42,262 nucleotides of DNA from positions 1-42,262 of the IMG/VR virus record IMGVR_UViG_3300035002_000029. One strand, given 5' to 3'. The notes beneath the pieces are model-generated. The model was not told the origin of the DNA. It ran no database searches and saw only the letters and a program-made list of their open reading frames with translations. The position numbers were made by a program, and so were the translations under genes. The stretch is from a virus. Its lineage: Duplodnaviria > Caudoviricetes. The stretch's first letter is position 1; every line of letters starts with the position of its first letter. Positions 8,619 to 18,082 of this stretch are shown here, one piece after another.

Positions 8619-11600
8619 AGCGTGACGTTCCGCGCCGTGCCGAACATCGACTGCAGGAACACCGATCCCTCGCCCACGGAATTGGCGCGCATCATCGCGC
8701 GCATTTCGGCGAGGATGTCGTTGGTCTCATTGGTGAGCTGATTGTTGGTCGCGAGCGCCTTGCTCGTGTCAATCGTCGCCTGCTGGGCCGCGCGGATGCG
8801 CTCATTCTCGGCCGCGATGATCGCCTCGGCCGTGCTGATCGCGTTGGCGCGGTCGGCGCCATATTCGGGGCCAGCGGTGCCGAAGGCGTCGCGGCTGGTT
8901 TCGACCAGGCGCCGCGTCAGATCGGCGACGCGATCAGCCGCGCCGTCGACGCCTTTGTCTGCGTCCGCCTTGGCGAGCGCGATCTCGGCGAGCAGTTTGT
9001 CACGACGCTCGGTAGCGCTGCCCTCGAACAAGTCGCCGAATTTGAAGTCTTCGAGCAGATCCTGCAGCGAGCCGACGCGCTCGGCGAGGATCTTTTCGAC
9101 CAGCTTAGCTCGATCCTCAGCGTTGCGCGCCTCGATCTTGGTGACGTCGAAACCATATTGCGTCGCGATCCGGACGCGTTCCTTGGCCTGCGTCTCGAAC
9201 TCGCGGAATTGCCGCTCGATCGTGCCGCCGAGGCCACTGAGGATCTCTTCGACCTCCTGCACCTTGAGCGCTTCGCGCAGGGCCTTGTCGATATCCTTGC
9301 TGGAGCGCAGCGCACGCTGCACCGCCTCCGATACGCCGATGATGCCGCCGTCGCTGATCGCGTCGAGCGCTGCGGCAAGGGCCGCCGCGGTGCCATCCTC
9401 GCCGAAGTCGATCGCGCCCTTCTTGGTCTTCGTGTTGCCGCGGCCGGTCGGATCGACGCGGTACTTGCCGTCGCGCAGGCCGATCGACACCGAGAAGGAT
9501 CCGACCTCGCCGCCCAGCTCGTCGGCGATGCGCGAGAGCAGATCCTGCACCGACCCCGCGGCGCTGCTCGCGGCGTCGCGCATCTTGCTGCTGTTGCCGG
9601 TGATGGTCGGATCGCTGTCGACGCCCGTGATCGTCGCCGATCCGGTCTTCGCCTTCTTGAACATGCCGCCGATCACAGAGCCGATGATCGAGCCGATGAT
9701 CTCGCCGCCTGGAATGGGAAGGGCGCTGCCGATGGCCCCGCCGATCGCGCCGCCCGTCGAGCTGGTCTTGATGCCCAGCATCTTGCCGATGCCCGCGACC
9801 ATGACGCCCGTCTGCGCCCCTTCGAGCGCGGTGCCGAACGTCGCCTTGAGCTTGTCGGGCAGGCCGGGAAACTCTTTCAGCGCACCGAGGACGCCGCCGA
9901 CCGGACCCGCCGTCCAAAAGCCGCCGAGCGCCCCGCTAAACACCGGCTCCAGCTTCCTGAAGAAGTTGGCGCCCAGCATCTCGTCCAGCTTCTCGGTGAT
10001 GGGCACGGTGATGGCGCGCGCATATTCGGTCTGCGCGTCGATCGCCTGCTGGGCCGAGGTGCGCGCCGCGGGCTTACCGGTAACCACGATATCGTCGCCG
10101 AAGGTGCGGAACTGATCGGGACCATTGAGGATGTGCGCCGGCTGCGCGACCGATTGCTTTATCTGCGCCGTGACCTGGGCGACGGTATCGCCGAAGAGCT
10201 TGAGCGCCTTGCTCGACCGATCCGTCTCGCCTTCGAGACCGCCGACCTGTTTCGCCAACTCGTCGATCTCGCGATCGAGCGGCGTCTGACCGCGCACCTT
10301 CTTTTCGAGGGCGCGCAGGCTGTCGCCGAATAGGCTCTCCACCGTCAGCCGCGCCTGCATCTGTTTGAACAGACGCTCGGTCGATTTGAGGAAGTTGCCG
10401 CCGTCGCCGCTGAACAGATCCTCAAGGGCGCCACGAAGGTCGCCGATGCCCGCCATGTAGATCGAGATGATGTCTTGGCGCTTGGTGAGTAGGTCGTTGA
10501 GCCGTTCCTCGGCCGCCACCATGCCCTCGACCTCGCGGCGCTGGTCGGCCGTAAGCGGCCCCATCTGCTCGGTGAGCCGCTGGACGATCTCCAGCACGGC
10601 GGCCTCGCGCTCGCGCCCCTGCACGACGAGGAGCTGAACCTCACGCTGCTCGCGGCTGGCGCGCAGCATGTCCGTCAGCGGACCCTCGGCCGTGTCGGCA
10701 GCGACCTGTTTCAATTCCTGCGCGCGGGCGACCAGCTCTTCCCAATTGGGCGGCTTCCGCTCGGTGAGCACGGCGATCACGCCGTCCAGTTCCTCGATCG
10801 CCGCTTTCGCTTTGGCGATGCCCTCGGGCAGCGGGATCAGGCGCTGCTGGATATCGTCGATCGGATCGGCGATCCCTTCGAGCACGGCCGCGCGCGCCTC
10901 CTGCGCCTCCGCGATCAGCGCCTCGAACGACGGCGGCTTGCGCTTCCCCAGATCTTCGATCAGCCCGTCGAGCGTGCGCAGATCGGCGAACGCCTTGTCG
11001 AGACCGCGTGGCGCCGGATTATAGGCATCGGAGATGCGCTGGATCTTCTCGGCCGCGCTCTCGCCGAAGTCGCCGGAGCCGCTTCCGCCGCCCTCGCGGG
11101 ATCCGCGCGGCTTGCGCCCTTTCGGGCCTTCCTCGCGGAACATCGACGACAGGTTACCCGAGTCGAGCGACTTATCGATCTCGTTGGCGACCTCTTCCTT
11201 GACGCGGCCGACCACCTTGTCCCGCAGGGCGGCAAGGAACTCGTTCTTGTCGACGCCGGTATCGACGAAGTCCATGTCGCCTGCGATGCGCACGGCCTCG
11301 GCGGCATCGATCCCGCCTTGGTCGACGCCGATCGCGAGGTCGCGTATCGCGCGACGCTTCCCCTGCGATCGCGCGATGCCGGCCTCATAGTCGACGCCGT
11401 ATTTGAAGCCCTGATACATGCCCAAGACGCGGCGACCGGCGAGGCCGAAGCTGCCCAGCGGAGCGTCCTTGGCATTCTCGAAGCCCTCGGCGGAACTCTC
11501 GCGAGCGGCGGCGGCTTCGGCGCGCAGGTTGATCGCCTGTAGCCGAGCGTTGAGGATGAGCAGCTCGTTCTGGGTTTTCAGCTTGCCCGAAACGAGATCG

Positions 11601-12190
11601 AAGACCTCGCCGAGCGCCGACTGCGCGGCGGCGAGACCCGACGCGCCGGCCTCGGCCGCCGCGGATGCCTCGGCGCTGGCGAACAGCTCGTCAACGAACT
11701 CGGTTATCAGGCCGGTGACGAAGCCGATCGCCAGCCCAAGGCCGCCGCTGAGGATGCCAGCGAAAAGGCCGACCTTGCCTGCAGTGCCATCCGTCGATCC
11801 GCCAAGCGCCTCCATGACGCTCGACGCGTCGATCCCTTCGGTCGCAAATGAACCCAGCGCCTCGGCGCCCGCGCTGACCTGCTCGTTTACCGCCGACTGC
11901 TGACTGTTGAGGCTCTGGAGCGCGGCCTGCTTTTGGTTTGCGGCCGCGGTGCTCGCATTCATCGACGCGGCTTCGCCCGAAAGAGACGCTGCGGCGCGGC
12001 CGCTGGCGCGCGCGACGGTCTCCTGCGCCGCCGCAGCTTGCCCCGACGTGGACGAAAGCTGGGTCGCCGCCGTCGATGTATTGTTGAGGCTGCTTGTAAG
12101 CGAGTTGGCCCGCAGCTCGGCCGCGTTCAGCTGGCCGGCCAGCCCTTCGTCCTTCGCGCGCAGGCGGGCTTCTAGAACAAGATCGCTCAT
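8615..12190 (-). CDS. Tape measure protein
   Basis: 1191 aa, Ala/Gly-rich helical, glycine-zipper hydrophobic segments; follows the chaperone genes. Confidence 0.92.
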   Translation of the reverse strand: MSDLVLEARLRAKDEGLAGQLNAAELRANSLTSSLNNTSTAATQLSSTSGQAAAAQETVARASGRAAASLSGEAASMNASTAAANQKQAALQSLNSQQSAVNEQVSAGAEALGSFATEGIDASSVMEALGGSTDGTAGKVGLFAGILSGGLGLAIGFVTGLITEFVDELFASAEASAAAEAGASGLAAAQSALGEVFDLVSGKLKTQNELLILNARLQAINLRAEAAAARESSAEGFENAKDAPLGSFGLAGRRVLGMYQGFKYGVDYEAGIARSQGKRRAIRDLAIGVDQGGIDAAEAVRIAGDMDFVDTGVDKNEFLAALRDKVVGRVKEEVANEIDKSLDSGNLSSMFREEGPKGRKPRGSREGGGSGSGDFGESAAEKIQRISDAYNPAPRGLDKAFADLRTLDGLIEDLGKRKPPSFEALIAEAQEARAAVLEGIADPIDDIQQRLIPLPEGIAKAKAAIEELDGVIAVLTERKPPNWEELVARAQELKQVAADTAEGPLTDMLRASREQREVQLLVVQGREREAAVLEIVQRLTEQMGPLTADQRREVEGMVAAEERLNDLLTKRQDIISIYMAGIGDLRGALEDLFSGDGGNFLKSTERLFKQMQARLTVESLFGDSLRALEKKVRGQTPLDREIDELAKQVGGLEGETDRSSKALKLFGDTVAQVTAQIKQSVAQPAHILNGPDQFRTFGDDIVVTGKPAARTSAQQAIDAQTEYARAITVPITEKLDEMLGANFFRKLEPVFSGALGGFWTAGPVGGVLGALKEFPGLPDKLKATFGTALEGAQTGVMVAGIGKMLGIKTSSTGGAIGGAIGSALPIPGGEIIGSIIGSVIGGMFKKAKTGSATITGVDSDPTITGNSSKMRDAASSAAGSVQDLLSRIADELGGEVGSFSVSIGLRDGKYRVDPTGRGNTKTKKGAIDFGEDGTAAALAAALDAISDGGIIGVSEAVQRALRSSKDIDKALREALKVQEVEEILSGLGGTIERQFREFETQAKERVRIATQYGFDVTKIEARNAEDRAKLVEKILAERVGSLQDLLEDFKFGDLFEGSATERRDKLLAEIALAKADADKGVDGAADRVADLTRRLVETSRDAFGTAGPEYGADRANAISTAEAIIAAENERIRAAQQATIDTSKALATNNQLTNETNDILAEMRAMMRANSVGEGSVFLQSMFGTARNVTL

Positions 12191-12540
12191 TTCGACGCGG
12201 CCGCGAAGGTTTCGAGCGCGGCGCCCTCCATCGCCTGCAGCTTGGGCAGGATGCCGCGGGGCAGATCGATCTCTGCCAGCTCAGCCGTGGGCTTCACCGC
12301 TGCATAGTCGATGCCCATGCGTTGGCCGGTGAAGGGATGACGGAGCCACTGCGTGTTGAGCGCCATGAACAGCCCGACGACGGGCACGTCATCCGGATGG
12401 ATCTCGATATCGTCATCGGGCAGCGGGGCGGTGAGGAAGCGCTCGGGGATCTCGGTCATCTGCGTCACCACGTCGTCCGCCTTTTCCCTGCGGCCGCCGC
12501 GCCCCGAGGCCCAGGCGCGGGCGACCGCTTTCAGTTTCCC
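12187..12540 (-). CDS. Tail assembly chaperone extension (gpT-like, DUF1799-like), made by -1 frameshift
   Basis: The -1 frame opens as GKLKAVARAW; TQW...GIDY...LQAMEGAAL motif. Confidence 0.8.
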   Translation of the reverse strand, partial: GKLKAVARAWASGRGGRREKADDVVTQMTEIPERFLTAPLPDDDIEIHPDDVPVVGLFMALNTQWLRHPFTGQRMGIDYAAVKPTAELAEIDLPRGILPKLQAMEGAALETFAAASK

Positions 12541-12929
12541 GCGCGGCGCGCCGGCTCGCCCGAGCGCGCGGCGCGATAGGCGCGGGCGATCGCGGCAGTC
12601 ACGTTCGGCACGCGGAGCATGCGCTTGAGGTTTTCTTCGGTGTAGGGGAGCGACGCGCCGCCCTCGGTGCCGTCGTCTTCGGTGACGCCGCGCCAGTCCT
12701 CGGCCATGCGGAGCACGATCGGGCACATGACATCGCTGAGGGTGCGATCGTTGATGTCGTCCGCGTCGCGAACTTGGGTGATCTCGCGATCCAGTTGCGC
12801 GTTTTCGTCCTCGTCGAGGATCCGAAAGCGCATCTCGAAAACATTCTCGACAACTTCGCCGTCCTCGGTCGCGCCCTTGAAAGAGACGGGCCACCAAACC
12901 TTGGGCTGCGCTACGATCTTATATGCCAT
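12531..12929 (-). CDS. Tail assembly chaperone (gpG-like)
   Basis: AGGAGG RBS; DWRGV...LPYTEEN motif; ends at the slippery site. Confidence 0.85.
   Translation of the reverse strand: MAYKIVAQPKVWWPVSFKGATEDGEVVENVFEMRFRILDEDENAQLDREITQVRDADDINDRTLSDVMCPIVLRMAEDWRGVTEDDGTEGGASLPYTEENLKRMLRVPNVTAAIARAYRAARSGEPARRAGN
12534..12540 (-). other. Programmed -1 ribosomal frameshift site G GGA AAC
   Basis: X XXY YYZ heptamer immediately before the TGA, analogous to lambda G/T (GGGAAAG). Confidence 0.85.
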
Positions 12930-12949
12930 GATGGCCTCCTGTCAGATAT

Positions 12950-13065
12950 GGCGGGGATGTTCGGCTCCCCGCGCCGGACCCTGATCGCCGCCGATCGCTC
13001 GGCCTCGTCGCTCCGGCATGTGCATCGGCTAGGCCCCGCCGCCCCGAACGGCAGCCGCAGGCCAT
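12950..13065 (-). ncRNA. Candidate structured intergenic RNA element between tail tube and chaperone genes
   Basis: Stems 12951-57/12966-72, 12973-78/13012-17, 12983-87/12992-96 and 13032-43/13050-63 within a 150-bp gap. Confidence 0.4.
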
Positions 13066-13080
13066 CACAGCCCTCGGGTA

Positions 13081-14019
13081 TTACTTCGCCGTCAGGATCA
13101 GATCGTCCTGGCCCGCGTCGATGGTGAGCAGGAGATCGAGATCCCACATCTGGACGCCATCCTCCTCGGTCTCGTCGATCGCGAGGAGCTGGGCCTTGGG
13201 CGCGCTGATCTCGGTGATCGTGCCTGCGGCGACGCCGTGCGTGGCGAGAAGGGGCACGCGCGCGTTGGTACGCAGCGTCGTGATATAGTCCTTGGTCGCG
13301 ATCGACGGCGCCTCGATACGGAGCCGTGCCGACGCGGCATGGTTGCCGCGGCGAATATAGCGGGCGCCGACAAGGTTGCGCATGACGAGCGGGACATTCG
13401 CGTCGATCTGCAGGCTGCGCATGACGGCTGCGAAGCCGTCGAGCGTCAGCGCCGTGTTGACGTTGTTGACCTCCAGCGGATCCTTCCACCGCGTGAGCGT
13501 CGCCGCGCCCGGCGTGCTGACGGAGAAGGGCGTCGCCGCGGGGATCAGGCCGATGTAGTTCAGCGAGAAGCGCGGATACTGCCCGGCGGTCATGTTGAGC
13601 GAGAAGTTGCCGCGGTTGCCGACCGACTTGCGGAGCTGGTCGCCGATCCAGTGATGCTGGGTCAGGGAGCCGGGGGTCGCCGTGGGTAGCGCGAAACGCT
13701 GCTCGGCCTTCGTCGCCGCGGTGATGACGGCGGGCGCCATTCCGCAGGCTTCGAGCAGCTCCATCCACGCGGGCGCAGTGCCGGCAGCGCCGGACCCCGC
13801 CATCTCGACCTGAAAGCTGGTGGTCTGCCGCTCGTTGGTCACCAGCGCGGCGGTGGCGCCGTAGGTGCGGGCGTCGAGATTGCGATCGAGGCGATCACCC
13901 TCGATCGGCTTTGCCGAGAAGCCGCTGGTCAGGATCGCGTTGGCGGCGAGCGTGGGCGCAGAGTCGGTGGCGTAGGTCACCTCCTTCTTGGCCATCAGGA
14001 CTTTGACCGCATCAGTCAT
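13081..14019 (-). CDS. Major tail tube protein
   Basis: 312 aa, KKEVTYATD N-terminus, beta-rich; between terminator and chaperone genes; no sheath gene present. Confidence 0.85.
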   Translation of the reverse strand: MTDAVKVLMAKKEVTYATDSAPTLAANAILTSGFSAKPIEGDRLDRNLDARTYGATAALVTNERQTTSFQVEMAGSGAAGTAPAWMELLEACGMAPAVITAATKAEQRFALPTATPGSLTQHHWIGDQLRKSVGNRGNFSLNMTAGQYPRFSLNYIGLIPAATPFSVSTPGAATLTRWKDPLEVNNVNTALTLDGFAAVMRSLQIDANVPLVMRNLVGARYIRRGNHAASARLRIEAPSIATKDYITTLRTNARVPLLATHGVAAGTITEISAPKAQLLAIDETEEDGVQMWDLDLLLTIDAGQDDLILTAK

Positions 14020-14287
14020 CGGTGGTCTCCGTTTCGGTGGTCGGGTTCAGCGCCGGGTCGTCGATCCCCAGCTCGGCGAGCTTGGCCGCGCGAAAAACGC
14101 CGTTGGTGGGCAGGCCGAACTGGTCGAGTTCCATGCCGGTTTTCTCGCAGCGCGCGGGCGCCTGCGTCGGCTCCTCCTGCGTCACGACGGGCTTTGCCGG
14201 TTTCGCCGCCTTGGCGGGCTTGGCGATATCGACGGCGCCGCCGCCGCTTGACGTCTGTGCGGTGTTGGTGTCACCATCCGCCATCAC
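14012..14287 (-). CDS. Hypothetical small protein
   Basis: AGGA RBS, overlaps both neighbours. Confidence 0.65.
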   Translation of the reverse strand: MMADGDTNTAQTSSGGGAVDIAKPAKAAKPAKPVVTQEEPTQAPARCEKTGMELDQFGLPTNGVFRAAKLAELGIDDPALNPTTETETTDD

Positions 14288-14703
14288 TGAGTTCCTTTCC
14301 TAAGTCTCCACGCGGTCCTAAAGTCGATCGCCCAGGCGATCCCCCATCCGTCAGCGGACAGGAGCGCACCTCCGGCATAGTCGCAGGGCGTACAGGCATC
14401 GGGGTGCGACCAGCCCGTGAGCGCATCGATCACCTTGTCGACCTCGGTCTTGAGTTCCTCGGACGGTTTCCCGGCGACCAACGATTTGGGCTTGATCACG
14501 ACGACGACGCGCAACGTCTCGGCGACGCGCTGATCGTGCGCTCCGTTGAGCTTATTCGGCTCGGCCGCTGCCCGCATGGGCATGACGAACAGGGCCGGAC
14601 TATGCGCCGGGGCGGCCTTCAATCCGGCCCATTCGACGACGCCTGCAACCTTGCTGAAACCGGCTTGCTCCAGCCTTTTAACCGTGGGGGAAAGGGCGAT
14701 CAT
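14284..14703 (-). CDS. Tail terminator / completion protein (Mu gp37-like)
   Basis: PALFV...ALTGW motif, size and position. Confidence 0.75.
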   Translation of the reverse strand: MIALSPTVKRLEQAGFSKVAGVVEWAGLKAAPAHSPALFVMPMRAAAEPNKLNGAHDQRVAETLRVVVVIKPKSLVAGKPSEELKTEVDKVIDALTGWSHPDACTPCDYAGGALLSADGWGIAWAIDFRTAWRLRKGTQ

Positions 14704-15209
14704 GCCGACGCCTCCCCGCCAGCGGCGCGGCGCAGGTGCGCGACCAGGAGCTGATCGATCAGCTCTATCTCAAGATCCGAGAAGCCGAAGAAAGGACGCG
14801 ACGGAATGGTGACGCTCGCCCGGTAGCCGAACGGCGTCTTGAGCGCCTTGGCATTCTTCGGCGTGATCGTGGCGCCTTCCTGATGGGTTCGCGCATAGAT
14901 CGCCGGGCCACCGGTATCGTAGATGCCGACCGCGGCGAACTGCTCGCCGCTCACGCGATCGACCGCGTTGATCATGTCGCCGCTCTTCTGCAGCGTCTTG
15001 CGCTGCTCTTCGATCGCAGCGGCCGACTTCTCCCACGGCACGCCGTCCGGGCCGCTTTCGCTTTCGAAGCGGGCCATCGTGCCTTCGAGCATGACCTCGG
15101 AAGCCAGTGCCATCGGGACCGACAGGTCCGCAGCGGCTTCCCGAATGCGCCGAAAGGTCGGCGCCAACTGGCCGACCGTGTCGATCTCAAGGGTAAAGCC
15201 CCGCGTCAT
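14700..15209 (-). CDS. Virion morphogenesis protein (Mu gpG-like)
   Basis: RFESESGPDGVPW, YARTHQEG and IPSRPFFG motifs. Confidence 0.9.
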   Translation of the reverse strand: MTRGFTLEIDTVGQLAPTFRRIREAAADLSVPMALASEVMLEGTMARFESESGPDGVPWEKSAAAIEEQRKTLQKSGDMINAVDRVSGEQFAAVGIYDTGGPAIYARTHQEGATITPKNAKALKTPFGYRASVTIPSRPFFGFSDLEIELIDQLLVAHLRRAAGGEASA

Positions 15210-15211
15210 CG

Positions 15212-15931
15212 TCAGTAGTCCGACAAGCTGTCGGGATAGGCGCGACGCCCCGAGTAGAATGATATGCCGTCGCCGCTGTCGGCCGGGGCCGACGGCACAG
15301 CAATGCCGAGGTTGGTCTTGCCGTCCTCGATCCGTTCGAGCAGTCGCATCGCAGCCTTGACCTGCTCGGCGATCCCGTCGGGCGCACCGCCCGGATAGAG
15401 CCGCCCGCGTGCGATGTCGCCGATCATGGTCTTCACCACATGCGGCACGTCATAGAGCGGCAGGGCATAGCGGTTGGACAGCGCGGTTTCGACGAGCGCC
15501 TGGGCATCGCGCAGCGCCCCGACGAGCAGATCGCGACCGATGCGGCCGTCGCCGGCCTCGTCAGTCATGCGGACGGTTTCGTTGAGGCCGAAGCGCCCGA
15601 CGAACTCGGCGATCGAAAGCATCGGCGCGCCGCCGTCCGGCATCGCCCAGGCGAGATCGAGGACCGCGACTTCCACCTCCTGTTCGACCCGGCTTCCTTC
15701 GGCGTCGTCGACGGTGACGGTCACCAGATAGCGCTCGCCGTCGCTGCCCCCCGTTAGCTCGAGCGTCAGCGCCCCTGCGAAGAGTTGCCCCTCGGCCGCG
15801 AGCGCGATCGCGCCGGGGACGAGGCCGCGCGCCTCCGACGTGACGCCGACGAGATCGCTGATCGTCGCGATCCCGCCGAACTCCATCGGCAGGCGCGCCG
15901 TCTCGGCCGGCTGTTTGACCAGCAGCTTCAC
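15212..15931 (-). CDS. Head-tail connector (Mu gp36/DUF1320) with an extra N-terminal beta domain
   Basis: C-terminal half ALRDAQALVETALSNRYALPL...DIARGRLY; GTG start coupled to the upstream TGA. Confidence 0.8.
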   Translation of the reverse strand: MKLLVKQPAETARLPMEFGGIATISDLVGVTSEARGLVPGAIALAAEGQLFAGALTLELTGGSDGERYLVTVTVDDAEGSRVEQEVEVAVLDLAWAMPDGGAPMLSIAEFVGRFGLNETVRMTDEAGDGRIGRDLLVGALRDAQALVETALSNRYALPLYDVPHVVKTMIGDIARGRLYPGGAPDGIAEQVKAAMRLLERIEDGKTNLGIAVPSAPADSGDGISFYSGRRAYPDSLSDY

Positions 15932-16149
15932 GACGCGCGCGCCTTCCGGCCCAACCAGCGGGCGAGCGCCGCAAGCCCGCGGATGATCCTGCGGCAATAG
16001 GGATAGGGCCAGCCCGCGATCGCGAGCAGGCCGAAGCGCCACATTTCGACGCGGGCGCCGCGCGTCGCGGGGTCGAAGGTGGCGAGCACGAGAAGCAAAA
16101 TCCCGATGCCGCAGCCGATCGCGTAGATGATGAGCAGCGCCTTGAGCAT
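15928..16149 (-). CDS. Small membrane protein
   Basis: Hydrophobic helices, basic C-terminus, coupled within the operon. Confidence 0.6.
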   Translation of the reverse strand: MLKALLIIYAIGCGIGILLLVLATFDPATRGARVEMWRFGLLAIAGWPYPYCRRIIRGLAALARWLGRKARAS

Positions 16150-16150
16150 C

Positions 16151-16378
16151 CTAACCCCCGGCGAGCGGATAGTGGACGAGCGTCAGCACGCCCGCGGCGC
16201 CAATGATCCAGCCGATCGCGCCGACCAGCGCGACGAGAAGGCCGAGAAGGAAGATCGCGAGGCCAACCTCGAAGACAGGGGTATAGCCCCACGGCGCCAC
16301 CCGGATCACGGGCAGCGCCATAAGGATGACCCCGATCAGCATCAGCAGCGCGCCCGCGTCAGTGATCGACGGCATCAC
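16151..16378 (-). CDS. Small membrane protein
   Basis: Almost entirely hydrophobic, 2-3 TM segments; coupled start. Confidence 0.6.
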   Translation of the reverse strand: MMPSITDAGALLMLIGVILMALPVIRVAPWGYTPVFEVGLAIFLLGLLVALVGAIGWIIGAAGVLTLVHYPLAGG

Positions 16379-17031
16379 GCCGCCTTTGCGGTGCGCGCGG
16401 CGACGATCGCCTCCGCCATGACCTTCGCCGTGGCGTCCGCGGGAAGCTCGATCTTTTCGGCTTCGGCGATCTTGATCATTTTGACCTTCCCCATGCTGAC
16501 GAGCTGGCCGACCGTCTGCGACGGCTTGGTAGCGGGTGCGGCCGGAGCCGGTGCGGCCGGAGCCGGTGGGGCCGGAGCAGGAACTGGGGCTGGGTCGGTG
16601 TTATCGTCCGCGACCGGGGCAACGCCCAGCAGTTCATGCGGCCGACCATGCTCGATGTCATAATCGACATGCTCCTGCAGAGCGTCGATTGCTGCATTGC
16701 GATCGGGGAAGGGCATCCAGCCTTCGAAGGGGTCGCCATTTATCGCCACTTCGACGACAAGCGTCGGCTCTTTCATGATCGCGAGCGCTTCGGCCTCGTC
16801 GATCTCGCCTGCGGCAATGAAGCGGAACCGTGGCCCGAAAGTGATCCCGGCGATGGCGAAGGGCGGGGAGCCCGGCTCGGTGGCGACGCGGATACGCGTA
16901 TCGCCTCCCACGATGGTGCCCAAGCCGAGCAGACCCTCGGCCAGATCTTCATCCTCGATCGTGACGGGATCGCCGAAGCTATACTCATGGCCGTCGAAGT
17001 GCAGCCGGTCGGCAACAAGAAACTTGCCCAT
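16375..17031 (-). CDS. HI1506/FluMu-like protein with Pro/Ala linker and helical C-terminal domain
   Basis: AGGAGG RBS; IRV...F.IAGITF...IMKEPTLVVE motif typical of genes that follow Mu-like capsid genes. Confidence 0.6.
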   Translation of the reverse strand: MGKFLVADRLHFDGHEYSFGDPVTIEDEDLAEGLLGLGTIVGGDTRIRVATEPGSPPFAIAGITFGPRFRFIAAGEIDEAEALAIMKEPTLVVEVAINGDPFEGWMPFPDRNAAIDALQEHVDYDIEHGRPHELLGVAPVADDNTDPAPVPAPAPPAPAAPAPAAPATKPSQTVGQLVSMGKVKMIKIAEAEKIELPADATAKVMAEAIVAARTAKAA

Positions 17032-17054
17032 TAAACCCTCCTGAATTGTTGTTG

Positions 17055-17084
17055 AAAAGGGGCGCCGCCGATCGGCAGCGCCCC
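17055..17084 (-). terminator. Intrinsic terminator after the major capsid gene
   Basis: GGGGCGCTGCCG-AT-CGGCGGCGCCCC followed by TTTT on the minus strand. Confidence 0.7.
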
Positions 17085-17097
17085 ATCTTTCAGTCCG

Positions 17098-18024
17098 TCA
17101 GGCGAACGCGTTCTGGAAGAAATAGCCGGCCTGATTTGCGATGATGCGCTCGCGCACGCTCTCGCCCGTGCGGCAGGCCGTGCCACCGCGCAGGCCGAGG
17201 TTCTTGTCCTCCCACTGGCCGGCGATACGATCGCCCCACTGGAAGGTGCCGCCGAACGTGACCGCGCCCTTGGCGTCGGGGACCGGCGCCTTGTGGATCA
17301 GCGCGAGATGCTTGCCCCACAGCCGGGTCAGGGCGGGCGCCTGCCCGCGCTTGACCGAGTTCGCGCGGGCGGCGCCCACGATGACCTCGTTGACCTCGAA
17401 CAGCTCGGCGACAGCCTGTCGCGTAACGCTGCCCGCCTTCGCGCCGGTGCCCAGGCATGCCTCGACGATCTCGGGATGCGACCGGAATTTCGTCCACCCC
17501 TGCTGTCCGAAGACCATCTGGTTGGGGCGGATGAGCGGCAGATCGAGTGCGTCGTTGATGACCGAGATCGGCTTGCTGGTGATGTCACTGAACTGCGACG
17601 CGCCGGCCAAGGTCTGACGGAGCCCGGCATCATAGGTGCCGTTCGCGAAGATCAGGCCCGCAGCGCGCGCTTCGCGATCGAGCGCGATCAGCTCCTGAAT
17701 GAACATGACCTCGTTGCCGAGCGGGTCATAGCGCGCATCGGCATTCTCGACGTCCGAGTGGGGAACGCCGCCATCGAGGCCATAATCCTCGCACGAGTCG
17801 GTAATCTCCGACGCTTCGAGCGTGACCTCGTTGGGCTTCGAGCGGCGCCCGACCTTGGTATCGGGGATGTTGAAGAACTGGTCGGACGAATAGGACAGGA
17901 ACTTGAATTCCTGCTTGTCGACGCGGATGCGGGGCAGAACCACGTCGGCGATATAGGCCGGGTTCTTGTAGGCGATGGCGATCGCGGTGAGGGCCGGATC
18001 GATGGGATAGGCGGACTTCGACAT
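17098..18024 (-). CDS. Major capsid protein
   Basis: IDPALTAIAIAYKNPAYIAD..LP N-terminus and AGYFFQNA C-terminus, typical of this capsid family; AAGGA RBS. Confidence 0.9.
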   Translation of the reverse strand: MSKSAYPIDPALTAIAIAYKNPAYIADVVLPRIRVDKQEFKFLSYSSDQFFNIPDTKVGRRSKPNEVTLEASEITDSCEDYGLDGGVPHSDVENADARYDPLGNEVMFIQELIALDREARAAGLIFANGTYDAGLRQTLAGASQFSDITSKPISVINDALDLPLIRPNQMVFGQQGWTKFRSHPEIVEACLGTGAKAGSVTRQAVAELFEVNEVIVGAARANSVKRGQAPALTRLWGKHLALIHKAPVPDAKGAVTFGGTFQWGDRIAGQWEDKNLGLRGGTACRTGESVRERIIANQAGYFFQNAFA

Positions 18025-18082
18025 GGACTTTCCTTATGAACGAGGGTCGCGGTGGCCCGGCGCCGAAGCGCCGGGCCGGTGA

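Noticed and set aside
7251-10333. Long plus-strand ORFs opposite the tail genes (and similar ones such as 37586-39637 minus)
   Set aside because: Antisense shadows typical of high-GC coding DNA, with no motifs or RBS
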